A DNA stretch of 64,000 nt from Hyphomicrobiaceae bacterium. Lineage in GTDB: Bacteria > Pseudomonadota > Alphaproteobacteria > Rhizobiales > Hyphomicrobiaceae. How positions within the stretch are numbered: the first letter of the stretch is position 1; every line of letters starts with the position of its first letter. The stretch spans positions 1,440-65,439 of the forward strand of contig JBDHTJ010000002.1 in NCBI GenBank assembly GCA_039808585.1. The letters are read 5' to 3'. The translations under genes and the position numbers were made by a program. A model generated the notes under the pieces. It was given only the letters and a program-made list of their open reading frames with translations, did no database searches and was not told where the DNA came from. This document shows, one piece after another, positions 49,051 to 58,477 of this stretch.

Positions 49051-49110
49051 CTCAAGGTCGCTTCGAAGTTCTTCGACCCCTGCATGTCAGACACTGCGAA
49101 GTAGCCCCGT

Positions 49111-49737
49111 TCATGCGGCAGGATGAGCCGGCTTTTCCTTCCACAGGGCCGCCTGGCGCGCCGGCACTCCCATCACGACCGATCCCGAAGGCAGATCCCG
49201 GATCACAACGGAATTGGGACCCAACACGCAGTCATCCCCAACCGTGACGGCCCCCATAACGCAGGTACCCACCCCAAGCTCGACGCGATTGCCGATAATT
49301 GGCTTTGCATCCAGTTCTGAACGGCTCAGAATTCCCATCGTCGTGTTATGCCGGATATGCACATCGTCGCCAATTGCACGCGCACCCAGCCATATTCCCC
49401 CGTAATGCCAGATGCGCACCCGCCGGCCAAGCCGCGTAGGATAAGGAATGTATATGCCGAGCAGCCAGCTCAGGAATGGATGAACAACCCAGTAAATCAC
49501 GGATAAGGGTGCGCGTAATGGTTTGAAACGGATGTCCATTCTGGCATTTGCAAGCCGGTGCATCGCGATCGCCCAGAAACCTGCCGCGAAGCAATCCTTG
49601 TCGTGCGTCCGAAAGTCCTCCGCCAACAGGGCCCAGAGGCCTAGGCCACTCGGATTCTGGTTTCGATCCCCTTTTGGCATGGGCACATCATGGGATATCA
49701 CGTCCACAGCCGCTGCCATTCCGTCTCCAGCCTGCAT
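49111..49737 (-). CDS. hexapeptide-repeat O-acetyltransferase (serine acetyltransferase/WcaB-like)
   Basis: LWALLAEDFRTH...FWAIAMHRLANA N-terminal helical part, then the LbH repeats IGDDVHIRHNTTMG...IGNRVELGVGTCVMGAVTVGDDCVLGPNSVVIRDLP. The start is uncertain (49737, 49719 or 49680). Confidence 0.8.
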   Translation of the reverse strand: MQAGDGMAAAVDVISHDVPMPKGDRNQNPSGLGLWALLAEDFRTHDKDCFAAGFWAIAMHRLANARMDIRFKPLRAPLSVIYWVVHPFLSWLLGIYIPYPTRLGRRVRIWHYGGIWLGARAIGDDVHIRHNTTMGILSRSELDAKPIIGNRVELGVGTCVMGAVTVGDDCVLGPNSVVIRDLPSGSVVMGVPARQAALWKEKPAHPAA

Positions 49738-49973
49738 AAAGCCCACCCCAAGCTCGCACTCCACGCTTCAGATACTCGATTTGAGCCACACGCACCATCC
49801 GTGCATCGATTTAATCAAACGACAAGGAAAACAAGACGTAACAGTATTACATTCGCTCTTAACTGTTGCACCCGTGACTTCTTCTCAAAACGCCAGCGGA
49901 GGCGTAGATAATCTCGGGGACCGGCCTCGGAGCCAGACCCTTGTTGGGGTGGACGCGGGCCCGCGGGAGAAGC

Positions 49974-51038
49974 ATGAGATTCACAACGCTGCCGTTCGCT
50001 CAAGGGGTCGCGAAACGGATCTTCCGGCGCGAACTTGCCGATATCGAACGCTCGGCAAGTAAAAGTTGGATCATCCACCCCGAGGAATCGACGGTTTCAC
50101 CACCTGCCATCTTCCTCCCAGGACAGCTGGAGCGGATAGAGGCTTGGCCCTATCAGGACGTCGACCCCGCGATGTCCATGGCTGGTGGCCTGACCATCAA
50201 GCATCTCGCGACCAAATGCTGGCAAATCGACGATGCCCTCTTGATCCAGGGCCGCCTCGCCAAGAATTGGAGCGTACGCCAATTCCACGGGGCGCGACAC
50301 ACGATGCCGCTCATGCGCATAGCGGACGAAATCGACGTCGGAGCTGTCTATTGCTCGACCGTGGGCACGATATACTTCGCCCACTGGCTCATGGACGATT
50401 GCCTCACCTATCTTCTAGCTGAACAGTACGGCCCCCCCATCGCAACTGCAAAAGGCGTATGGGCACACACGCAGGGCTACGAGAATCTGCTCGGAATGCA
50501 CTCCCAGCGCTACGAAGCTGTGCTCATAAAGAAAGCGTTCGTTTTCGAAGATATCGGCCAGAACACCGGCAAGCGGCTTCGCGCCGAGCGTGTACGCCAA
50601 AAGCTTCTGCAGCGCTGGAACGGAGTGCGACATCCCGGCGTCTTCATTCTCAGAGGCGCGAGCGGACAGCGCAGGGTGTTGCGCAACGAAATGGAGCTTG
50701 CTCAGCGTCTGCAAGCAACGCGCGGCTTCCGCATCGTGGCTCCCGAGTCGATGTCGGTCTTGGAGATCGTAGATGCCTGTGCAGGCGCCGACATAGTGAT
50801 GGGCGTCGAAGGAAGCCAGCTCATCCATGGCATGGCGGAACTCCAAAAAGGGCACGGCGTATTGACGTTGCAGCCACCCCGCCGCTTCATCGACAGCTAC
50901 AAGCACCTTACGGATCGCGACGATCAACATTTCGGATTCGTGGTCGGCAAAGCCGTCGAAGATGACTTCGTAATTGATGCCGATGAGGTCGAGAGAACCT
51001 TGGATCTCTTCCCGCGCCCCGAAAATGTCGACGGCTAG
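49974..51038 (+). CDS. glycosyltransferase family 61 / DUF563-like protein
   Basis: ATG at 49974. ...YFAHWLMDDCL... and the C-terminal VFILRGASGQRRVLRNEMELAQRLQATRGFRIVAPESMSVLEIVDACAGADIVMGVEGSQLIHG match the GT61 capsular-biosynthesis pattern. Confidence 0.7.
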   Translation: MRFTTLPFAQGVAKRIFRRELADIERSASKSWIIHPEESTVSPPAIFLPGQLERIEAWPYQDVDPAMSMAGGLTIKHLATKCWQIDDALLIQGRLAKNWSVRQFHGARHTMPLMRIADEIDVGAVYCSTVGTIYFAHWLMDDCLTYLLAEQYGPPIATAKGVWAHTQGYENLLGMHSQRYEAVLIKKAFVFEDIGQNTGKRLRAERVRQKLLQRWNGVRHPGVFILRGASGQRRVLRNEMELAQRLQATRGFRIVAPESMSVLEIVDACAGADIVMGVEGSQLIHGMAELQKGHGVLTLQPPRRFIDSYKHLTDRDDQHFGFVVGKAVEDDFVIDADEVERTLDLFPRPENVDG

Positions 51039-51105
51039 GAACTTTTCACCGATAGAGACCTACGCGAGCGGACGCATCGTGCTGCAGCAAAAGGAACCCA
51101 AGAGC

Positions 51106-52389
51106 ATGCGCACCTACCTGATCACGGTCCCCGCACCTGCTCGTCGACTGAGCCCGTCCACCTTCGCGGCGGAGAGCGCATTCGTCCAGCACCTTCGCGA
51201 CTTGAAGCGCGAGCTGGGCCCGACGTGGGGCGAGATGATCGTCGCGATGCCGTGGGCGACAGACGAGGATTGGGCCGCACAGCCGGGGCCAATGGACATC
51301 ATCGATGAGCAGTTGGAGAACATTCGCTACGTTCCACTCTATCGTCACGATGTCGGCAAGCTCGGTTTCCAGTTGGGCTTGCCCAAGCTGCTTCCGCAAA
51401 TCTGGCGCGCGGTTGCTCAGAGTGACTTCGTCCACTCGAACTTCACCCCTGATCTCTATCGACCCGCCGGCGCCTGGATGTGCCTGTTCGCCGTGTTGCA
51501 GGGAAAGAAGGTGCTTGCCGTTGAAGACATGGACCGCAGACGCGACGCCGAAATGAACTACAAGACGGGACGCTGGTCGCGACGCACCTACCTTATCTGC
51601 AAATACATATATGATCCGGCACGCCACCTTCTGCAACGGCTCTACGTCCGCTACCTGGATCTCATGCTCTTCAAGGAGATGGCACAAGTCGAAGACTACG
51701 ATCGAGGCCGCAACAACGTGCGCCTCTTCCTTGATCCAAACTTCTCGGCTGAGGACATCGTCGATGATGCCCGCCTTGCCCGGAAGATGAGCACGCTTGC
51801 GGATCCATCGCGTCCGCTGAGGGCTTTGTATTTCGGCCGCCTGGTCCCCTACAAGGGCGTGGATAAAATGATCGAGGCGGTCGCGATTGCACGGCGAGCG
51901 GGCGCGAACATAACCCTCGACATCATGGGAACGGGTGAACAGGGACCGGCGCTTCGCGAACTTGCGGGGCGCCTCGGCATCGCGGAGCACGTCGCTTGGC
52001 TTGAACCGCGTCCCTATGGGCCAGCCTTTTTCGAAGTGCTGCGCGAAAGAGACGTGCTTCTCGCCTGCCCTCTCTCGGCCGATACGCCGCGCAGCGCATG
52101 GGATGCATTCGCAAGTGGAATGCCGATCGTTGCCTTCGATACACCTTTTTATGTCAGCCTCGGCAAGATCTCGAAAGCCGTTGCCGTCGCCCCCTGGCCT
52201 GACGTGCAGGCACTCGCCGGCAAGCTGGAAGAGCTCGCAAAGAATAAGGCGCAGTTGGCCCTGATGGCGCGTAGTGCCGTGGACACTGCCCGCAAAAACA
52301 CCGGCACGGAATGGCTCAAGCGTCGCGTGGAATGGGTGCAACTCCTCATGGACCAGTCCAAACCCCTCCTCTCACCAGCAAACGCCTGA
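51106..52389 (+). CDS. glycosyltransferase family 4
   Basis: ATG at 51106 (MRTYLITV). C-terminal Glycos_transf_1 pattern LYFGRLVPYKGVDKMIEAV...DIMGTGEQ...ACPLSADTPRSAWDAFASGMPIVAFD. Confidence 0.8.
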   Translation: MRTYLITVPAPARRLSPSTFAAESAFVQHLRDLKRELGPTWGEMIVAMPWATDEDWAAQPGPMDIIDEQLENIRYVPLYRHDVGKLGFQLGLPKLLPQIWRAVAQSDFVHSNFTPDLYRPAGAWMCLFAVLQGKKVLAVEDMDRRRDAEMNYKTGRWSRRTYLICKYIYDPARHLLQRLYVRYLDLMLFKEMAQVEDYDRGRNNVRLFLDPNFSAEDIVDDARLARKMSTLADPSRPLRALYFGRLVPYKGVDKMIEAVAIARRAGANITLDIMGTGEQGPALRELAGRLGIAEHVAWLEPRPYGPAFFEVLRERDVLLACPLSADTPRSAWDAFASGMPIVAFDTPFYVSLGKISKAVAVAPWPDVQALAGKLEELAKNKAQLALMARSAVDTARKNTGTEWLKRRVEWVQLLMDQSKPLLSPANA

Positions 52390-52433
52390 ACTGCTCTTCC
52401 CCTGTCGAAGATGCTGGCAGTCGCAAACTCGTA

Positions 52434-53285
52434 ATGAACTCACGGAAGGAACTGAACGTGGTTTCCATCGAGCAAGAAATAGCAGAAAAGCTGCGCGATG
52501 CCGGAATCTCGGCACATCTGGCAGAGGCACGCCAGATCACTGCGGCGGCCGTGCACGATGATCCCGCCGGCGCAGAAACCATCGCCCGTGATTGGTGTGC
52601 GAAGCGGATCTCCGGGCTGCCTCTCGCATACATCTTGGGGCGGGAGAGATTCATGGGGCTGGAACTTGTCACAGACCCAGGCGCGCTTGTTCCCCGGCCA
52701 GAAACGGAATTGCTCGGCCAAGCTGCCATCCAATTCCTGGAGCAGAACGCGTCCGCAAGCCCCAATGTGATCGACATGTGCTGCGGCTCCGGCAATCTCG
52801 CATGTGCCATCGCGCACCATGTCCCAGGCGCTCGCGTCTGGGCCTCGGACTTGACCGATGGATGTGTGAGCCTTGCCCGTCGGAACGCGACCTACGTCGG
52901 AGTTGACCAGCGCGTACAGGTGTTTCAGGGGGATCTTTTCACAAGCCTGGCCAATCTCGGCCTGGAAGGCACGATCGATCTCATCGTCTGCAACCCGCCC
53001 TACATCTCGCAGGGAAAGCTTGCCTCGGATCGCGCCGAACTCCTTCAGTTCGAACCGCGGGAGGCCTTCGACGGAGGGCCCTACGGCCTCAGCATCCATC
53101 AGCGCGTTATTCGCGAAGCGCTGGCCTACCTGAAACCGGACGCTCCACTTCTGTTCGAGATCGGGCTCGGCCAGGAACGCCAGGTAAAGGCCTTGTTCGA
53201 GAGAACGAAGGCCTACGGGGAAGTCAATTTCGTGACCAATGCAGAAGGTCAGGTGCGCGTCGTCTGGGCACGAAAGTCTGCCTGA
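52434..53285 (+). CDS. HemK/PrmC-family N5-glutamine-type S-adenosylmethionine methyltransferase
   Basis: ATG at 52434. GLPLAYILGRERFMGLELVTDPGALVPRPETE, SAM motif VIDMCCGSGNLA, and catalytic IVCNPPYI. Last gene of the GT61-GT4 + strand unit. Confidence 0.8.
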   Translation: MNSRKELNVVSIEQEIAEKLRDAGISAHLAEARQITAAAVHDDPAGAETIARDWCAKRISGLPLAYILGRERFMGLELVTDPGALVPRPETELLGQAAIQFLEQNASASPNVIDMCCGSGNLACAIAHHVPGARVWASDLTDGCVSLARRNATYVGVDQRVQVFQGDLFTSLANLGLEGTIDLIVCNPPYISQGKLASDRAELLQFEPREAFDGGPYGLSIHQRVIREALAYLKPDAPLLFEIGLGQERQVKALFERTKAYGEVNFVTNAEGQVRVVWARKSA

Positions 53286-53484
53286 AGCCCCCCTTACGCC
53301 GTGCCACAAGCGCCATCGCTCGCGACACGCGTCTCTCCTTCAGTTCCGCGGGAGCCAGAGCCCTCGACATGGACGCGCTTGAGCGTCCATCAAGAGCAAG
53401 AACGCTCTCCCGAACATTGCCCTGGAGCATGTCCGTGAGGTCAGTTCCGATCGCATCTGGATTGCTTTAGGCACTCGTCCCGCC

Positions 53485-54510
53485 TCAGGCGGTCCCCACC
53501 ATCGTCAGCGCGTGCTGATGCAGGCCGGCGGCGATGCGCTTCTTGGCAGTGATGTCCTGGAAAGCGCGCTGGGCCTGGTCCTCGCTCAAATTCGTCGCGC
53601 GGCCAGCCTCCTTAGCCGGCACACCGTTCTCGTAGGCGCACAGCATCAGGTCCATCAGGTTGTAGGGGAGCGCGAAGTAGAACTCCTCCTGCGTCTGCGG
53701 CAGGCTGTAGGTGTCGGTCGAGGGCAACTGCGCGCGGATCTCGTCGGGCACGCCCATCTCCTCCGCGAGCTTGTAAACCTGCGTCTTGTAAAGGTGCGCA
53801 ATGGGCTTGATGTCGGCCAGGCCGTCGCCACCGCGCACAAAGAAGCCCAGGTCGTACTCGAGCTTGTTCGGCGTCCCGATCACCGCGTAGTGCAGGCGCT
53901 CGCCGTGATGGTACTCGATAAGCTTGCGCGTGCGCTGCTTCATGTTGGTGGATGCCACGACGGCCAGATACACGGGAAGCGGCATGCGCTTCGTCTCGAG
54001 CTTTCCATCCGGCGACTGCACCGTCAGCGCGAAGTAGTTGACGCGGTCCTGCTTCAAGGCTCCGCCCTCGACGGAGATCTTCATCTTCCAGTCTGGGCCG
54101 AAGCTGGGGAACAGCGTTCGGATGGCTTCGTCGCGCCGGCGGTAGCAGCCCAGCGCCTCCAGTGCAGGCGCGATGTCCTCGACAGCATAGGGCACGCCGA
54201 GCTGCTCGCAGATGAGACGACCCAGCTGCGTGCTCTTGGACGCGGAGTCCTTTTCGGGCATGAGAACCGCAAACACCTTGTCGGCCCCGAACGCCCGCTG
54301 CGCCAGCGTCACGCACACCGCGCTGTCGATGCCACCGCTGACGCCGAGCACGACGCCCTTGCGCTTCAGCCCCCGACCCACAGTCTCCCGCATCCACGCC
54401 TCGATGCGCGCAGCCTCCGCGCTAGGGTCGAAGGCCAGCATCTGCGGCAGGTCTCGGACACTGCTCCAGCTTCTCGGCTCGGCGTTCATGGGTGCTTCCT
54501 CTCGTGTCAT
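53485..54510 (-). CDS. NadE-family PP-loop ATP pyrophosphatase (NAD synthetase-like amidating enzyme)
   Basis: PP-loop VVLGVSGGIDSAVC, ...AVIGTPNKLEYDLGFFVRGGDGLADIKPIAHLYKTQVYKLA. The start ATG at 54510 overlaps the AsnB-like stop (ATGA). An alternative ATG at 54489 has a GAGGAAG RBS. Confidence 0.8.
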   Translation of the reverse strand: MTREEAPMNAEPRSWSSVRDLPQMLAFDPSAEAARIEAWMRETVGRGLKRKGVVLGVSGGIDSAVCVTLAQRAFGADKVFAVLMPEKDSASKSTQLGRLICEQLGVPYAVEDIAPALEALGCYRRRDEAIRTLFPSFGPDWKMKISVEGGALKQDRVNYFALTVQSPDGKLETKRMPLPVYLAVVASTNMKQRTRKLIEYHHGERLHYAVIGTPNKLEYDLGFFVRGGDGLADIKPIAHLYKTQVYKLAEEMGVPDEIRAQLPSTDTYSLPQTQEEFYFALPYNLMDLMLCAYENGVPAKEAGRATNLSEDQAQRAFQDITAKKRIAAGLHQHALTMVGTA

Positions 54511-56513
54511 GATTGGAGGCGATCGACCAGTATGGAAGGCCGCGTCGCTTTCAGGCGTTTGGTTTCGAGCATGGCGGTATGCGGCAGCTCCGAGCGCACC
54601 CACTGGGCCAGGATCTGAAGGCTGAGGATGCCGATGAGAGCCATCTCCTCGCGCTCACCAGGCAACCGCCCTTCGCGAGCCCAGGCTTTTTCTGCCAGCA
54701 TGCGCGCGGGATTGACTTCGATCAGGCCATGTCGCGCAAGCATGTCCGGTGAAAGCAGCTCGCGCACGTAGCCCGGCGAATTGGGCCCGAAGAACGAGGT
54801 GGTGGTCGGCGCGCGATAGGGCTGCTTCGGCCGGGCGCTGATGTCTTGCGGAAGATATCGGGCACCCAGCTTCCGCAGGATCAGCTTGTCCTTGAGCCCG
54901 GACAGCTTCAACCCCGAAGGCAGCCCCGTGGCGAAGGCGATCACTTGCGGATCGAGAAAGGGATACCGCGCCTCCACTCCGTGGCCTAGCGAAACGCGGT
55001 CGCCCTGACAGGACAGAAGATAGGGGCTCATGAACGTTGCGATCTCGACGGCCTGGGCCCGCGCAAGGGGTGACCAGCTGCCAAAGCCCGGCGGCAGGCT
55101 GCCAGCCAATGCAGCCTCGGCCGCACCAGCGTCGGCTTTCGCCAGCACATCCTTGGACAGGAAGCGCGTCGTCCAGGCCGTATTGGCCCATCGCACGGCG
55201 TGCGAATAAAACGGGTTGCCGGTGTCGCTCAGGCCCTTGCGGAAGAACTGCTTCCACATGCGGCCTTCGTGCTGGTCGCTGCTGCCGACGTAGTGATGCA
55301 CCCTCGAGAGAAGCGCCGAGCGCCAGTCCTTCTCGGGCGAGCGGGCCCAGAAGCGCCGGATGGCGTCTTCCTTGAAGATGCTGTAGCCCGCGAAAAGCTC
55401 GTCCGCCCCCTCGCCCGTGAGCACCACCTTGGTGCCGTTGCGGCGCACGAGATCGGAGAGCATGAACAGAGGCACGGGCGACGTGCGCAGCAGCGGCGTT
55501 TCGCAGTGTTTCACCACTTCGGGGAAGCTGCGTGCGATATCCGCGCCAGTCACCATCACCTCGTGGTGGCGTGTCTCCAGCCGTTCCACCATCTGGCGCT
55601 GTTGCGGTGTCTCGTCGAAGGCCGCGTCCTCGAAGCGGATCGAGAAGGTTTCGAGATGGCTCGAACGCGAGCGTTGGATGAGCGAGGTAACGAGTGAAGA
55701 ATCAAGACCGCCGCTCAGGTACGCACCGACCGGCACATCTGCCCTGAGGCGGATCGACACCGCATCCTTCAGGATTGTCTCGAGCTGGTCGACGCCTTCA
55801 TCGAGAGACCTAATCCCGCTTCCGAAGCGGGCAGTGAAATCGGGCTGCCACCACGCCTTGCTTTCGACTTTGTGGTCGCTGTCGATGGTAACGACGTGTC
55901 CAGGCGAAACGCAGGCGACCCCCTTGAACGGTGAGCCCGGAGCCGGCACCGCCCAGCGCGTGAAGATTTCGGTAAGCGCAGTGGCATCGAATTCGGCCGT
56001 GACGCGCTTGCCGGCGAAAATCGCCTTGATCTCGGACGCGAACGCGATGGCACCCGGCGCCTTGGCATAGAACAGCGGCACAATACCGAACTGGTCGCGC
56101 GCAAGCACCAGCTTCTTGGCCCGCGTGTCCCACAACGCCACGGCGAACTGGCCGTTGAACCGTGCCCAGGCACCGTCGCCCCATTGCTCGTAGGCATGCA
56201 CGATGGCTTCAGTATCCGACCGCGTGCGAAAGACGTGGCCCGCCGCCTCGAGCTCGGTGCGCAGCTCCAGATAGTTGAAGATCTCGCCGTTGAACGTGAT
56301 CCAGAGGCTCTCGTCCTCGTTCGTCATCGGCTGGGCACCACCGGACAGATCGATGATGCTCAGGCGCGCATGCGCAAGCCCGGCACGGCCGTCGCGATAG
56401 ATGCCGTAGCCATCCGGGCCGCGGTGGCCGAGCATGGCCACCATGGCTTCCAGTTCCGACACGCGCGGTGGCGCGGCGTTGGCCGATACGAAAAGGCCGG
56501 CGATACCGCACAC
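54507..56513 (-). CDS. asparagine synthase (glutamine-hydrolysing) family amidotransferase
   Basis: GTG at 56513 followed by CGIAGLF (N-terminal nucleophile Cys), with a GGAGAG RBS upstream. HRGPDG, ITFNGEIFNY, and the PP-loop AYLSGGLDSSLV. The ORF track start at 56696 is rejected. Confidence 0.88.
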   Translation of the reverse strand: MCGIAGLFVSANAAPPRVSELEAMVAMLGHRGPDGYGIYRDGRAGLAHARLSIIDLSGGAQPMTNEDESLWITFNGEIFNYLELRTELEAAGHVFRTRSDTEAIVHAYEQWGDGAWARFNGQFAVALWDTRAKKLVLARDQFGIVPLFYAKAPGAIAFASEIKAIFAGKRVTAEFDATALTEIFTRWAVPAPGSPFKGVACVSPGHVVTIDSDHKVESKAWWQPDFTARFGSGIRSLDEGVDQLETILKDAVSIRLRADVPVGAYLSGGLDSSLVTSLIQRSRSSHLETFSIRFEDAAFDETPQQRQMVERLETRHHEVMVTGADIARSFPEVVKHCETPLLRTSPVPLFMLSDLVRRNGTKVVLTGEGADELFAGYSIFKEDAIRRFWARSPEKDWRSALLSRVHHYVGSSDQHEGRMWKQFFRKGLSDTGNPFYSHAVRWANTAWTTRFLSKDVLAKADAGAAEAALAGSLPPGFGSWSPLARAQAVEIATFMSPYLLSCQGDRVSLGHGVEARYPFLDPQVIAFATGLPSGLKLSGLKDKLILRKLGARYLPQDISARPKQPYRAPTTTSFFGPNSPGYVRELLSPDMLARHGLIEVNPARMLAEKAWAREGRLPGEREEMALIGILSLQILAQWVRSELPHTAMLETKRLKATRPSILVDRLQS

Positions 56514-56532
56514 GGGTGGTGCTCTCCAGATC

Positions 56533-58098
56533 TCAGACGGTGGCGACTGCGGCGGGAGCAGCAAGCTCCTTCTTGGCGATCTTGCCCGTCGTCGTCTTCG
56601 GGATGCTGTCGCGGATCTCCACGTGCTTCGGCACGAGATGGCTTTCGAGATGCTCCCGGCAATGCTTGCGGATCGCGGCCTCGTCGAGCGTGGCACCCTC
56701 GCGCGCCACGACGATCGCCTTCACCGCCATGCCGTCGATTGCGTCCTCGACCCCCACGACGGCGGCTTCCACCACCTCGGGAATGGCATAGAGGACGTGC
56801 TCGATCTCCTTCGGGCTCACCTTCTCGCCGCGGCACTTGAAGATCTCGTCCGTGCGGCCGACGAAATAGACAAAGCCCTCGCTATCCATCCAGAACTGGT
56901 CGCCGGAGTGCAGCACCATCTCGCCCTCGATCTCGCCGGGCTTCAGCCGCTTCGCGGTCTCTTCGGGCTTGCCCCAATAGCCGCGCATGACGTTGGCGCC
57001 ACGGATCACGAGTTCGCCGACCACGCCGGGCGCAACGCGCTTGCCCTTCTCATCGACTACATAGATTTCCGAGTTCGGCATGGCCTTGCCCACCGAGCCG
57101 ATCTTGTCGTTGAGGCGTTCGGGCTCGAGGTAGCACACGCGCGTGCACTCGGTGAGACCGTACATCGAGAAGATCAGCGTCTCCGGGAAGAGCTCCTGCA
57201 TGCGCTTGATGTGTGCAGGCGGAAGCGCTGCCGCGGTATTGCTCATGTAGCGCAGCGAAGGCAGATGCGCCCTGCTGAATTTCTCGAGTTGCAGCAGGCG
57301 CGCGAATACGGTCGGCACGCCGGGCAAGCCCGTCACCTTGTGCTCGATCATCTTCTTCAGCATTTCGAACGGGAATGCGAACGACTTCTCCAGAACGACG
57401 GTGAAGCCGATCCGAGCGCCCGTGATTACCTGGTACATGCCATAGTCGAACGACAACGGCAGCACCGTCATCACAACATCGTCGGGCGTGTTGCGCAGAT
57501 AGGTGGAGATGGCCCACGCCGTGTTGGTCATGTTGCGGTGGGTGAGCATGACACCCTTCGGGTTCCCCGTGGAACCCGAGGTGTAGATGATGGTGCAGAG
57601 GTCGATGTCGATCAGTCCCACGGGCGCAGGCGCACGACGTGGCCCGGACAGGATGTCTGCAAGGGTACGACCCGCGGGACCCGAGGTCGGCGCGCCGTGG
57701 GACCAGATATAGCCCGCGACGCTTGCCGCCGCATCGGCAACCTCGGCCACGACGGGGGCGAGGTTCGTCTGCGCCACGACCACCTTCACGCGGCAATCAT
57801 CGAGCAGATAAAGCAGTTTCTCGGCCTTCGTGGTCGCGTTGACATTCACGAAGACCGCGCCGGCCTTCAGCGTTGCGAAGACGGCCGTCACGAGTTCGAT
57901 CGAGTTATCGAGGAAAATGGCAACCCGATCGCCGCGCCCCACGCCCATATCCTGAAGGGTCGAGGCAAGCACGTCGCTGTCGCGATCGAGCGCACCGAAC
58001 GTGATCGACTTGTCACCGGCGATGATGGCGGTGTGCTCGGGGCGCCTGGCCGCCGTATGCACGAGGAAATCGTGAACGAAATTCGGACCGCCGCTCAT
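56533..58098 (-). CDS. AMP-dependent synthetase/ligase (adenylate-forming, acyl- or aminoacyl-carrier loading type)
   Basis: A3 IIYTSGSTGNPKGVMLTHRN, LSFDYGMYQ, A5 MYGLTE, A7-A8 SGDQFWMDSEGFVYFVGRTDE, A10 PKTTTGKI. Its start overlaps the ACP stop (ATGA). Confidence 0.88.
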   Translation of the reverse strand: MSGGPNFVHDFLVHTAARRPEHTAIIAGDKSITFGALDRDSDVLASTLQDMGVGRGDRVAIFLDNSIELVTAVFATLKAGAVFVNVNATTKAEKLLYLLDDCRVKVVVAQTNLAPVVAEVADAAASVAGYIWSHGAPTSGPAGRTLADILSGPRRAPAPVGLIDIDLCTIIYTSGSTGNPKGVMLTHRNMTNTAWAISTYLRNTPDDVVMTVLPLSFDYGMYQVITGARIGFTVVLEKSFAFPFEMLKKMIEHKVTGLPGVPTVFARLLQLEKFSRAHLPSLRYMSNTAAALPPAHIKRMQELFPETLIFSMYGLTECTRVCYLEPERLNDKIGSVGKAMPNSEIYVVDEKGKRVAPGVVGELVIRGANVMRGYWGKPEETAKRLKPGEIEGEMVLHSGDQFWMDSEGFVYFVGRTDEIFKCRGEKVSPKEIEHVLYAIPEVVEAAVVGVEDAIDGMAVKAIVVAREGATLDEAAIRKHCREHLESHLVPKHVEIRDSIPKTTTGKIAKKELAAPAAVATV

Positions 58099-58352
58099 GC
58101 CGCCTTCCCTGCAACCTTGCGCGAGACGAATGTCGCGATACGCTCGATGGAATCGAGGTTCTCAGGCACCAACTCTTCATCGGCGATGGAAATGCCGAAC
58201 TCACTCTCGAGATACATCACGAGGTCCATTGCGCCGGTAGAATCGATGATTCCGAGTTCCAGGAGAGAGTCCGCACGCGGTATCTCTGCCTTCTCGTCGA
58301 ACAAGAGATTCTTGGCGATGTAGGCTGTGATCTGCTGTTCCAATTGCTGCAT
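58095..58352 (-). CDS. acyl/peptidyl carrier protein
   Basis: ATG at 58352. 85 aa. ...SLLELGIIDSTGAMDLVMYLESEFGI carries the phosphopantetheine-Ser context (DS-x-G). Confidence 0.8.
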   Translation of the reverse strand: MQQLEQQITAYIAKNLLFDEKAEIPRADSLLELGIIDSTGAMDLVMYLESEFGISIADEELVPENLDSIERIATFVSRKVAGKAA

Positions 58353-58477
58353 CCGAAGCCCCCATAAACACAACGTCTTCTTACTCCGGAAGCCGGCATT
58401 TGTATGCAGTTTCAGTCAGGATATTGCGGCTTTAGGTAAAGCGAGAGAGTGAACAATTTATTCGCGTTTCCATTCCA

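Noticed and set aside
52434-53285. Treating the HemK-family gene as certainly non-housekeeping
   Set aside because: This cannot be decided from the window. It could be the normal prmC or prmB, so it is reported only as a moderate-interest context anomaly.
53485-54510. Functional link between the NadE-like gene and a possible NAD-depleting (SIR2/TIR) pAgo effector 7 kb away
   Set aside because: The gene is translationally coupled to the AsnB-like gene in a different operon. It is separated from the pAgo unit by a strong terminator and six genes, and the effector type is unknown. This is pure speculation.
56434-58323. 629-aa + ORF. Similar cases are 53512..54618 (+, 368 aa), 51046..52341 (-, 431 aa), 14997..16049 (-, 350 aa), 25542..26678 (+, 378 aa) and 26233..27174 (+, 313 aa)
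   Set aside because: All are antisense to genes with strong motif support (ligase, NadE-like, GT4, livM/livG, rluD, crotonase). Their sequences are His/Arg/Asp-rich without motifs.
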